Positions 9,613 through 18,500 of a DNA stretch of 33,667 nucleotides are shown piece by piece. The notes under the pieces are model-generated. The model saw nothing but the letters and a program-made list of their open reading frames with translations. It was not told where the DNA came from and made no database searches. This DNA is from a virus (Duplodnaviria > Caudoviricetes), in the IMG/VR virus record IMGVR_UViG_3300027863_001116, positions 1 to 33,667 of that record, one strand, 5' to 3'. Made by a program: the position numbers and the translations under genes. Position 1 is the first letter of the stretch. The number at the start of each line of letters is the position of its first letter.

Positions 9613-10679
9613 AAACAAGAACTTTGTTGGTGGATTCTTCTTACCTTTTGCAACGTTCGTTTTATGGCGCAAAAGAAATATATACCGTCAAGTTTGGTCA
9701 TATTGGCGGTTTATATTCTTTTATGACAACAATTCGTAAATTGATAAAAAAATATAAAATAAATAAAGTAGTACTTGTTTGGGATGGTGAGAATGGTGGG
9801 ATTATGCGATATAGAATTGATAATGCATATAAAGCAAATAGGAAAAATAAGGAATGGTATAGTAAAATTGAATTATCAGAAGCTCAAATTCGGCGTGAAA
9901 AGGAAAAAGAAGAATCCATTTTAAAACAAAGGCAAAGAATTAAAGCATATGCTGAACAATTATATTTAAGACAAATTGAAGTTGATGAAGTAGAAGCGGA
10001 TGATTTAATTGCAGCATATTGTCAGAAATATTCAAACAAAGAAGAAATATATTTATATTCAAATGATAGAGATTACGCACAATTGCTTAATTTAAATATT
10101 AGTATTATTTTACCTGATATTGATCAACCGATAACAAAAACAAATTATATGATGTATTTTAGGCATCATTATTCTAATGCGTTAACTATAAAAATAATTT
10201 GTGGTGATCCTTCGGATAATATAAAGGGAATTGATGGTATTAAAGAAGCTATATTATTGAAGTATTTTCCTGAAATGGAATATAAATATGTTTCGGTAAA
10301 AGAAATTTGTCAAAAGGCTGATGAAATTAATAAACAAAGAATAATTGAAAAGAAAAAACCATTAAAAATATTTGAAAATTTATTAAAGGGAATTGATAGA
10401 TTAAAAATAAATTATCAATTAGTTTGTTTATCAAAACCAATGTTGACAGAAAATGCGGTGTCTGAATTGGAACAATTGGAAATGCCTTTATTGGAATATG
10501 ATGAAGAAGGTAAAGAAAAAAGAGGTGAAAGATTGTATGAATGGATGGTAAAAGAAGATGAATTTTTATCAATTTATGGTGGTACATATACAAATTATAT
10601 TGAACCATTTTATACTGTTATAATGCATGAAAAACAATTACTTAAAGAATATCAAGAAAAAAAATCTTCTTTTTTATGA
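9609..10679 (+). CDS. 5'-3' exonuclease / flap endonuclease (T4 RNase H, Pol I N-terminal-like)
   Basis: LLVDSS, VWDG, YKANR, EADDLIA, SNDRD and GDPSDNIKGIDGI. Confidence 0.9.
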   Translation: MKTRTLLVDSSYLLQRSFYGAKEIYTVKFGHIGGLYSFMTTIRKLIKKYKINKVVLVWDGENGGIMRYRIDNAYKANRKNKEWYSKIELSEAQIRREKEKEESILKQRQRIKAYAEQLYLRQIEVDEVEADDLIAAYCQKYSNKEEIYLYSNDRDYAQLLNLNISIILPDIDQPITKTNYMMYFRHHYSNALTIKIICGDPSDNIKGIDGIKEAILLKYFPEMEYKYVSVKEICQKADEINKQRIIEKKKPLKIFENLLKGIDRLKINYQLVCLSKPMLTENAVSELEQLEMPLLEYDEEGKEKRGERLYEWMVKEDEFLSIYGGTYTNYIEPFYTVIMHEKQLLKEYQEKKSSFL

Positions 10680-10687
10680 AAAAAACA

Positions 10688-10718
10688 TTGTTTTTTAAAA
10701 AAATAAAAAATATATTTG
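10688..10718 (+). promoter_or_regulatory. Bacteroidota-type housekeeping promoter
   Basis: TTG at 10688-10690, 20-nt spacer, TATATTTG at 10711-10718. Confidence 0.7.
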
Positions 10719-10746
10719 TATAATTAATCCTTAAAATATAAAATAT

Positions 10747-11343
10747 ATGAATGAGAAGAATAATGAATTTAGATTTTCACTTTATCAAGGTGATGTTCTG
10801 CTGGGAGAAAAAATATTTGATGCAGATTTGTTTAATCCCTTTACAAGGTATTCGATTGATATCAGAGAAATTTTACCGGTAATAATTAATAAATTTCAAA
10901 AATTATTATCTGGAAAGAAATATTATACAAAATATGATGATAATTTAGATTTTTATGAATATTATAAAAAAATTCTTAATTCATATCCAAAAGATATTCG
11001 TGATAATTTGATTTATAATCCAAAAAATGTTGTTTACCATATTGAAGATAAAGTAATTAGTGGTGTTGAATGTAAAATTGGGTTATATATTAATGATAAA
11101 ACTATTGTTGAAAGATTATTTTATGTTAATGGATTTAATCCAGTATCTAGATGGTCGATAGAATTAATAGATGCTATTATAGAAACTGCTGATCTTATTT
11201 TCAATCATATAAAAAATGTTGATGTAAATAATATGTGGGATGATTATGATTTAATAAATATATTGGGATTATCTATTAATCAGATTAGGGAACTTTCTCC
11301 AAGTAAAAGAGAAGATTTTTTGAGAAGAATTGGTAAAAAATGA
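10747..11343 (+). CDS. Hypothetical protein
   Basis: 198-aa ORF between the exonuclease and helicase, with its own promoter. Confidence 0.75.
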   Translation: MNEKNNEFRFSLYQGDVLLGEKIFDADLFNPFTRYSIDIREILPVIINKFQKLLSGKKYYTKYDDNLDFYEYYKKILNSYPKDIRDNLIYNPKNVVYHIEDKVISGVECKIGLYINDKTIVERLFYVNGFNPVSRWSIELIDAIIETADLIFNHIKNVDVNNMWDDYDLINILGLSINQIRELSPSKREDFLRRIGKK

Positions 11344-11458
11344 AATATATAAATATATTTAAATGTAATTCATTGGTTGCATTTAATGTATTGATTAATT
11401 GAAAGAAAAAACGCAAATAAAATAATAGTTTGAATAAAACTATAAGAATGATTTTTTC

Positions 11459-13444
11459 ATGGGCGAAAATATAGAAAATACATTTACCGCATATCTTGGT
11501 GCAGAATTTCAGCATCGTTTGATGTGGCAATTATTAGTAGAACCAGAATTTGCGGAAAAAACAATTCCAAATTTAGCTGTTGAGTATTTTGATGATCCAA
11601 ATTTAAAAAGATTATTTATTATAATACTTGAATATTATAAAGAATTTGGAAAGGTGCCTAATCTTCAAAATCAAAGTATATATCAAGCAATAAATAAATA
11701 TAAAACTCCCAATAATATTATAGAAGAAGAATCACTATTATCAATTGTTAAAAGAATTTCATTATGGAATGAAAGGGTTTTAAATAAAGAAATGTTGCAT
11801 GATGGTGATATTGTTCAAAAAGAAACAAATGTGTTTATTAAACAACAGGAATGGAGAAAATTTGGTGAATTTATTATTGACAAAGTAAAAAGTGGTGAAA
11901 TAAGAAAAAAGACTTTTTTGGGAGAGGTTGATGATAAAATTCAAAAAATTTCATCTATTGGAGAAGAGGAAGATTATGGGGTAATGGCTATGGATAATAT
12001 TGAAAAAGTATTAAGGAAAGAGTTTAGAGAGCCAATACCTACTGGTATTTATGTTCTTGATGCAATTACTGGTGGTGGACTTGGTAAAGGTGAGATTGGT
12101 ATGATATTAACGCCATCTGGTGTTGGTAAAACAACTTTATTAACAAAAATTGCAAATTATGCATTTGAAGTGGGCAAGAATGTGCTTCAAATAATTTTTG
12201 AAGATACTATTGAACAAATTCAGCGTAAACATTTTGCAATATGGTCAAAGGTTCCTTTGAGTAAAATGGATGATGACGAGGAAAGGGCGAAGGTTTATAG
12301 AATTGTAAAGGAAAAGCAAGAAATGATGAAGGATAATGGAGTTCTTATTATTAAGGCATTTAGTCAGGAAAATACAACAATGATTGATATTCGTAAATGG
12401 ATGATTAATTATCAAAAAAAATTCGGGATAAAATTCGATATTTTGATTTTAGATTATCTTGATTGTGTTGAACCACATAAAAAAGTTATAGATAAAAATG
12501 ATGCGGAGTACCAAATAGTAAAATCTTTTTTGGCATTATCAACAGATTTTGGAATTCCGGCATGGACTGCAATTCAAACAAATCGTTCTGGTTTTGAATC
12601 TGAATATGTTGAAGCATATCAAACGGGTGGTAGTATAAAAAGAATACAGAAATCACATTTTTTCATGTCTATTGCAAAAACAAAAGATCAAAAAGAAGCA
12701 CAACTTGCAAATATCAGAATCATTAAGGCAAGATTTGCTCCGGATGGGCAAACATTTAATGATGTGATATTTAATAATGATACAATGGAGATTCGTATTG
12801 AAGATGATAGATATAAATTTTCACAAATAAACAAATATTCTAAACATCATAATGAAAAGGATATTGAGAATTTAGAAGAAAAAGTGAATAAAATTAGTGA
12901 AATACATTCTTATTTATCTGAATATGAAAAAAATATTAATGAAGATGTTGACGATATAAAAGTAGGTGATATTGGATTAAATAAAGACGAAAAATATGAA
13001 TTATATAAGAAATCTTTTGATTATATGTACAATGAAATTAATAATGATTTATTGAATAATAATGTTGATATTGAAGATGCTAATATTATTAATGATAATG
13101 AAAATAATGTGAAAGATGAAAAATTAATTGAAATGAGTGATACGAAAGAAAATGATATTAACAAAAGCAGTAATGTTTTTGTGAATGAAATGATGGATAA
13201 TGAAGATATTTCTAATAAAGAATATGAGTTAAATAATCAACTTCAAAATAATAATATACAGTGGAATGATGAATCAGAAATTATTACCAATAAAATAATT
13301 AAAACTGATGTTTTAGATAGTAAGGATAATAAAAATGAAAATGATTCTGATAAAAATGAAGTAAATAAAGCAAATTCGCCAAAAAATATTCATGAAATTC
13401 TTGATAAATATAGAAAAAAGCAAGGTAATCTGAAAAAATCTTAA
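11459..13444 (+). CDS. DnaB/gp41-like replicative helicase with long acidic C-terminal extension
   Basis: IPTGIYVLD, Walker A PSGVGKT, LILDYLD, TAIQTNR and IIKARF. Confidence 0.88.
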   Translation: MGENIENTFTAYLGAEFQHRLMWQLLVEPEFAEKTIPNLAVEYFDDPNLKRLFIIILEYYKEFGKVPNLQNQSIYQAINKYKTPNNIIEEESLLSIVKRISLWNERVLNKEMLHDGDIVQKETNVFIKQQEWRKFGEFIIDKVKSGEIRKKTFLGEVDDKIQKISSIGEEEDYGVMAMDNIEKVLRKEFREPIPTGIYVLDAITGGGLGKGEIGMILTPSGVGKTTLLTKIANYAFEVGKNVLQIIFEDTIEQIQRKHFAIWSKVPLSKMDDDEERAKVYRIVKEKQEMMKDNGVLIIKAFSQENTTMIDIRKWMINYQKKFGIKFDILILDYLDCVEPHKKVIDKNDAEYQIVKSFLALSTDFGIPAWTAIQTNRSGFESEYVEAYQTGGSIKRIQKSHFFMSIAKTKDQKEAQLANIRIIKARFAPDGQTFNDVIFNNDTMEIRIEDDRYKFSQINKYSKHHNEKDIENLEEKVNKISEIHSYLSEYEKNINEDVDDIKVGDIGLNKDEKYELYKKSFDYMYNEINNDLLNNNVDIEDANIINDNENNVKDEKLIEMSDTKENDINKSSNVFVNEMMDNEDISNKEYELNNQLQNNNIQWNDESEIITNKIIKTDVLDSKDNKNENDSDKNEVNKANSPKNIHEILDKYRKKQGNLKKS

Positions 13445-13471
13445 AAAAAGTTTTAATACAAAAAAAATAGA

Positions 13472-13495
13472 ATGGTATTTATATAAAAATACCAT
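13472..13495 (+). promoter_or_regulatory. Hairpin containing GTATTTATA (13475-13483), ending 3 nt before ATG 13499
   Basis: ATGGTATTT / AAATACCAT, a perfect 9-bp inverted repeat. Confidence 0.6.
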
Positions 13496-13498
13496 ACT

Positions 13499-14314
13499 AT
13501 GTCTATTTTTATTAATTTAAAAAAAATTTTCACTAAACAAAAAGAGCAACCGAAATTAAGAAATTTTGGGTGGAAACGGGATTTACCTGATTACAGGGAT
13601 AAAAAATTTAAAATTACTGCACCAATTCCATTACCGCCATATGTTGATTTAAGACCACAAATGCCTCCTGTTTATAATCAGGGTAATTTAGGAAGCTGTA
13701 CTGCAAATGCAATTGGTGCTGCATTTCAATATGAAAGAATAAAACAAAATACAGCTAGTTGGATTCCTTCAAGACTTTTTATTTATTATAATGAAAGGGC
13801 TGTGGAGGGGACTGTTAATGAAGATTCTGGAGCAATGATTCGTACTGGTATTAAAACACTGGTAAGTGAAGGAGTTTGTGCTGAATCAATGTGGGAGTAT
13901 AAAGAATGGAAGTTTAAGCAAAAACCAACAGATAATTGTTATATAGAAGCATTGAATAATCAATTGTTAGAATATTTAAGAATAACACCACATACATTAT
14001 ATGAAGTTAAACATTGTTTAGCGCAAGGTTATCCTGTTATATTTGGTTTTATGATATATGAATCAATGATGACAGATGAAGTTGCAAAAACAGGTGTTGT
14101 TCCGATTCCTAATCCGAATGATACTCCTGTTGGCGGACATGCAGTTCTTGCAGTAGGATATGATGATAATAAGAAATGTCTTATTGTTAGGAATAGTTGG
14201 GGAAGCCAATGGGGGGATAAGGGATATTTTTATCTGCCATATTGGTTTATTGAAACACCAAATATTTCGGCAGATTTTTGGATAATCAAGTTGGTAGAAT
14301 CTGAAAATAAGTAA
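13499..14314 (+). CDS. Papain-like cysteine peptidase (family C1)
   Basis: QGNLGSCTANA (Gln/Cys), GGHAVLAVGY (His) and RNSWGSQWGDKGYF (Asn). Confidence 0.92.
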   Translation: MSIFINLKKIFTKQKEQPKLRNFGWKRDLPDYRDKKFKITAPIPLPPYVDLRPQMPPVYNQGNLGSCTANAIGAAFQYERIKQNTASWIPSRLFIYYNERAVEGTVNEDSGAMIRTGIKTLVSEGVCAESMWEYKEWKFKQKPTDNCYIEALNNQLLEYLRITPHTLYEVKHCLAQGYPVIFGFMIYESMMTDEVAKTGVVPIPNPNDTPVGGHAVLAVGYDDNKKCLIVRNSWGSQWGDKGYFYLPYWFIETPNISADFWIIKLVESENK

Positions 14315-14337
14315 GTTAGAAAATAATTTGAAAATTT

Positions 14338-14368
14338 TGTAACATTTGTTTGTTTATTTCGTATTTAT
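14338..14368 (+). promoter_or_regulatory. Candidate ECF-type promoter (TGTAAC-N16-CGTA) overlapping GTATTTAT
   Basis: TGTAAC at 14338-14343, CGTA at 14360-14363, GTATTTAT at 14361-14368. Confidence 0.4.
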
Positions 14369-14414
14369 GATATATTTTTGGGATGTGTTAACAAATAAAA
14401 TAAAGAATAAAACG

Positions 14415-14501
14415 ATGATTAGTTTTCGTTCATATTATTTCGGTAAAAAATCTTATAAGAAACGCCTTATAGGAATCGGGAATGGTATGCTCGGAAGATA
14501 A
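14415..14501 (+). CDS. Putative attenuator leader peptide (28 aa, Tyr/Lys cluster)
   Basis: MISFRSYYFGKKSYKKRLIGIGNGMLGR*, with an A-rich upstream region. Codons 7-16 contain 3 Tyr and 4 Lys, with none elsewhere in the peptide. Confidence 0.65.
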   Translation: MISFRSYYFGKKSYKKRLIGIGNGMLGR

Positions 14502-14531
14502 GCAATAGATTTTTAATAGCAGAGCTGTAAC

Positions 14532-14560
14532 AACCCGATTCGAAAGATTCGGGTTTTTTT
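14532..14560 (+). terminator. Intrinsic terminator (attenuator 3:4 hairpin) directly upstream of tRNA-Lys
   Basis: AACCCGATTC-GAAA-GATTCGGGTT (one U-U mismatch) with a T7 tract at 14554-14560. Confidence 0.8.
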
Positions 14561-14584
14561 ATTTTTATGCTCTTTAATATACAT

Positions 14585-14657
14585 GCGCTCGTAACTCAGT
14601 TGGTAGAGTACCACACTTTTAATGTGGGAGTCATGGGTTCGACTCCCATCGGGCGCA
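14585..14657 (+). tRNA. tRNA-Lys(UUU)
   Basis: Acceptor GCGCTCG/CGGGCGC; anticodon arm CCACA-CTTTTAA-TGTGG; T-loop GGTTCGACTCC; CCA not encoded. Confidence 0.95.
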
Positions 14658-14674
14658 CAAAAAAGAATGAGTAT

Positions 14675-14760
14675 GGGAGTGCTGCTTAGATGGTGGATGG
14701 GCATCAGACTGTAAATCTGACACATAAGAAACTCAGGGGGTTCGAATCCCTCCACTCCCA
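14675..14760 (+). tRNA. tRNA-Tyr(GUA)
   Basis: Acceptor GGGAGTG/CACTCCC; anticodon arm TCAGA-CTGTAAA-TCTGA; long variable region; GGTTCGAATCC. Confidence 0.9.
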
Positions 14761-14763
14761 CAA

Positions 14764-15267
14764 TCATTGAACGAAATCTTTGTAGTATTGAATCAACTGA
14801 TTTTCGTTTTCAAAATATCTTATATTGTCTTCATCGGGAGTATAATTAACCATTTCTCTACCTTTAATTACCAATCCATCATAACCCAATCTAAGCATTT
14901 CTTCTCTAATGTCGGTATTTTTATCAAAAAATCTTTTGGCATCAGAATAGTTATTAATACCATTTTGTTTGCCATAATTCATTATAACTTTCTGCAAAAA
15001 AATTTCAGCATCATTCCAAGTATTAACAATTTTCGGATGCTTTGGTATTGCACCGACAACAAAATAAACTCGTCCATATTTTCTTGCCAACTCACGATTG
15101 CCCAAGGCAGCAGTATATAAACCTTGACCAAAATAAGCCATTCCATTATTTTCTTTACCGACTTCCTGCATACCTCTTAAGGTAACATTATGTCTTTTCC
15201 ATTTAAGATATTCTGCTCGATTGAAGTTTTGAATTTCTTCATTGATTATTGAAATGATTTTATTCAC
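14764..15267 (-). CDS. Hypothetical protein, candidate ADP-ribosyltransferase fold (ART-PolyVal-like)
   Basis: FGQGLYT...ARKYGRVY...LGYDGLVI...EMVNY pattern. GTG start preceded by GTATTTAT on the - strand (15284-15291). Confidence 0.55.
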   Translation of the reverse strand: MNKIISIINEEIQNFNRAEYLKWKRHNVTLRGMQEVGKENNGMAYFGQGLYTAALGNRELARKYGRVYFVVGAIPKHPKIVNTWNDAEIFLQKVIMNYGKQNGINNYSDAKRFFDKNTDIREEMLRLGYDGLVIKGREMVNYTPDEDNIRYFENENQLIQYYKDFVQ

Positions 15268-15532
15268 AGAGATAATTTTTTAAATAAATACTCAATAGAT
15301 TTTTCACTTTATAGTGAAAATCAAAAAATAGTGTAAAAAAATTAAAGCATTTTTTTTAAAATTAATTTAATAATCATAAGCCTTGATATATTTATTTTTT
15401 TTGATTTTCTATAAATTCAATAAAAAAATTATTGTTTGAAAATCAAATTAATATAAATTTTTTTCTAAAAAAATTGAGGATTACTTATTTATGTTTTTTT
15501 TAAAAAATTTTTTTAAAAAAATATAAAATTTG

Positions 15533-15563
15533 TTGTATTTATTGATAATTCGTTATATTTTCG
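15533..15563 (+). promoter_or_regulatory. Near-consensus Bacteroidota promoter overlapping GTATTTAT, upstream of the RNR
   Basis: TTG at 15533-15535, 20-nt spacer, TATTTTCG at 15556-15563; GTATTTAT at 15535-15542. Confidence 0.5.
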
Positions 15564-15595
15564 TAATTATAATTTTTATTAAAAATTTAATTCGT

Positions 15596-18500
15596 ATGGA
15601 AAAAAAAATTTTAAAAAGTTATTCTAAACAAGATGTGTTAAAATCAGCATTAGATTATTTTAAAGGTGATCAATTAGCCGCTGATGTTTGGGTAAAAAAG
15701 TATTGTTTAAAGGATGAGAATAATTATTATGAACTTTCTCCGGATGACATGCATAAAAGACTTGCAAAGGAATTTGCAAGAATTGAGGCGAAATATCCAA
15801 ATCCTTTAGATGAAGAAAGAATTTACGAAACGCTTAAAGAATTTAAAAGAATTGTACCTCAGGGTGGACCGATGGCAGGAATTGGAAATAATTTTCAAAT
15901 AATTTCATTATCCAATTGTTTTGTTATTGGTAATAATGGTAATTCTGATTCATATGGCGGAATTTTAAAAATAGATCAGGAACAAATTCAATTAATGAAG
16001 CGAAGAGGTGGTGTTGGACACGATTTGTCACATATTCGTCCAGGTGGAACTCCAGTAAAAAATAGTGCAATAACAAGTACTGGTATTGTTCCTTTTATGG
16101 AAAGGTATTCAAATAGTACAAAAGAAGTGGCACAAGATGGAAGAAGAGGAGCGTTAATGTTAACAATTTCGATTACACATCCTGATTCGGAAAAATTTAT
16201 TGATGCGAAATTAATGCAAGGTAAAGTTACTAATGCAAATATTTCAGTAAAACTTACCGATGAGTTTATGAGAAAAGCAATAAAATCAGAAGATCATAAT
16301 TATATACAAAAATTTCCAATTGATATAAAAATTCCTCTTGATGAAGAATACTCGAAAATAATTGAAAATGCTAAAGAAAATGAATTGGTTTATTTACCAA
16401 ATATTGGATATATTAGAAAAATTAATGCAGAAAAATTGTGGAAGAAAATTATATATAATGCGTGGAAATCTGCAGAACCAGGTATATTTTTTTGGGATAA
16501 AGTTATGAGTGAAAGTATTCCAGATTGTTATTCTGATGAAGGATTTTCAACAGTAAGTACCAATCCGTGTGTGAGTGAAGATACATTAATACTTACCGAT
16601 AAGGGATATTTTAAAATAGTTGATAAATTAAATCAAAAGGTAAATGTTTGGAACGGTAAAGAATTTTCAGAAGTAATACCATTAATTACAGGCGAAAATC
16701 AAGAAATGTTAAAAATTATATTTTCTGATGGTTCTGAGTTGAAATGTACAACATATCATGGATTTTATATTTGGGAAGGGTTTGAACGTGATGGAAAATT
16801 AATAAAAAAGGAAGCCAAAGATTTAAAAATTGGTGATAAACTTGAAAAATATGAATTTCCAACAATATTAACTCCAGAAAGATCTCTTATTGATATTAGA
16901 TTAGATGATGATACTGTTTTGAATTCAGATAGATTATATTATTCATTAGGATTTTTTGCTGGTGATGGTACAATAAAAAATAATAAACCATATATTCAAT
17001 TATATGGTGAAAAAAAACAATTAGAAAGCATTTTCTATAAAACAACTGAAATTATCGAAAATATTGAAAGTGATAGAATTTCATTCGGTATTGAATTGCC
17101 TTCAGTTGCATATGCTTTAGGATTTGAAAAAAGTAAAAAATTTGTGCCACAAAACCATAACTTACATCAATATACGACAAATTCAACATTAATGTGGTTG
17201 GCTGGTATTATTGATAGTAAAGGTTCGCGTAATTTTGAAGAGGATTCAATCTCAATATCATCAACAGATAAACAATTTTTAATGGATATTAAATTACATG
17301 TTTTAAATCTATTGGGTGTTAATGGTAGTGTTATTGATGAAAAAGAAAGTGATTTACATGAGATAAAAGGTGTTGAATATGATTGTAATAAATCGTATCG
17401 TTTAATAATTAGTGCATATAATGTTAAGAAATTATATGATTTGGGTTTGCGAACATTCAGAGTTAAAATAGATGATGTTAATCCAAATCGTGATGCAAGT
17501 AGGTTCATTACAGTAAAATCAATTGAAAAAATTGAAAATGCTGAGAAGGTGTATTGTTTCACTGAAAAAAATAGGGGTCGTGGTTGCTTTAATGGTGTTG
17601 TAACTGCGAACTGTGGTGAGATTCCTTTATGCCCATATGATAGTTGTCGTTTGGTTGCAATTAATTTATATGGTTATGTTGTAAATCCATTTACAAAAGA
17701 CGCATATTTTGATTGGGATTTATTTAAATCAGATGTTCAAATTGCGATGAGATATATGGATGATATTGTTGATCTTGAAATTGAAAAAATTGATGAGATT
17801 ATAAATAAAATTAAATCAGATCCTGAAGATGAGTTTATTAAATTATACGAATTAAATTTATGGGAAAAAATTAGAGAAATGTCATTGAAAGGTAGAAGAA
17901 CGGGATTGGGTGTTACTGCAGAAGGAGATATGCTTGCAGCAATGGGATTGACATATGGGACTGATGAAGCAACGGAATTTAGTGAAAAGGTTCATAGAAT
18001 ATTGAAATTAAACGCATATCGTTCAAGTGTTATAATGGCAAAAGAAAGAGGTTCATTTCCTATATATGATTGGAGAAAAGAAAAAGATAATCCTTTTATT
18101 AAAAGAATTAAAGAAGAGGATAGTGAGCTATACGAAGATATGGTTAAATATGGTCGTAGGAACATTTCTTTATTAACGATTGCTCCAACAGGAACGGTAA
18201 GTATAATGACACAAACAACATCTGGTATTGAACCGGCGTTTCAAATATTTTATAAGCGTAGAAGGAAAATAAATCCTCAGGAAAAAGATATTCGTATAGA
18301 TTTTGTTGATGAAGAAGGAATTGCATGGACTGAATATGCAGTATTTCATCATAAATTTGAAATTTGGCTTCGTACGAATGGTTATGATGTTAATGTGATT
18401 AGAACAATGTCTAAGGAACAATTAGATGAAATTGTAAAAAAATCTCCATATTATAAAGCAACTGCAAGTGATGTTGATTGGGTAAAAAAGGTTGAAATGC

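Noticed and set aside
14611-14627. Nuclease-evading change at the 31-39 pair of tRNA-Lys
   Set aside because: The pair is the ordinary A31-U39 with a canonical CUUUUAA loop, so resistance cannot be inferred from the sequence.
14513-14767. 84-aa - strand ORF
   Set aside because: It is the antisense reading of the two tRNA genes and the terminator.
15530-15595. ORF-track N-terminal extensions (15530; likewise 7166 and 23128)
   Set aside because: They overlap promoters, leaders or upstream genes. ATGs at 15596, 7223 and 23179 fit better.
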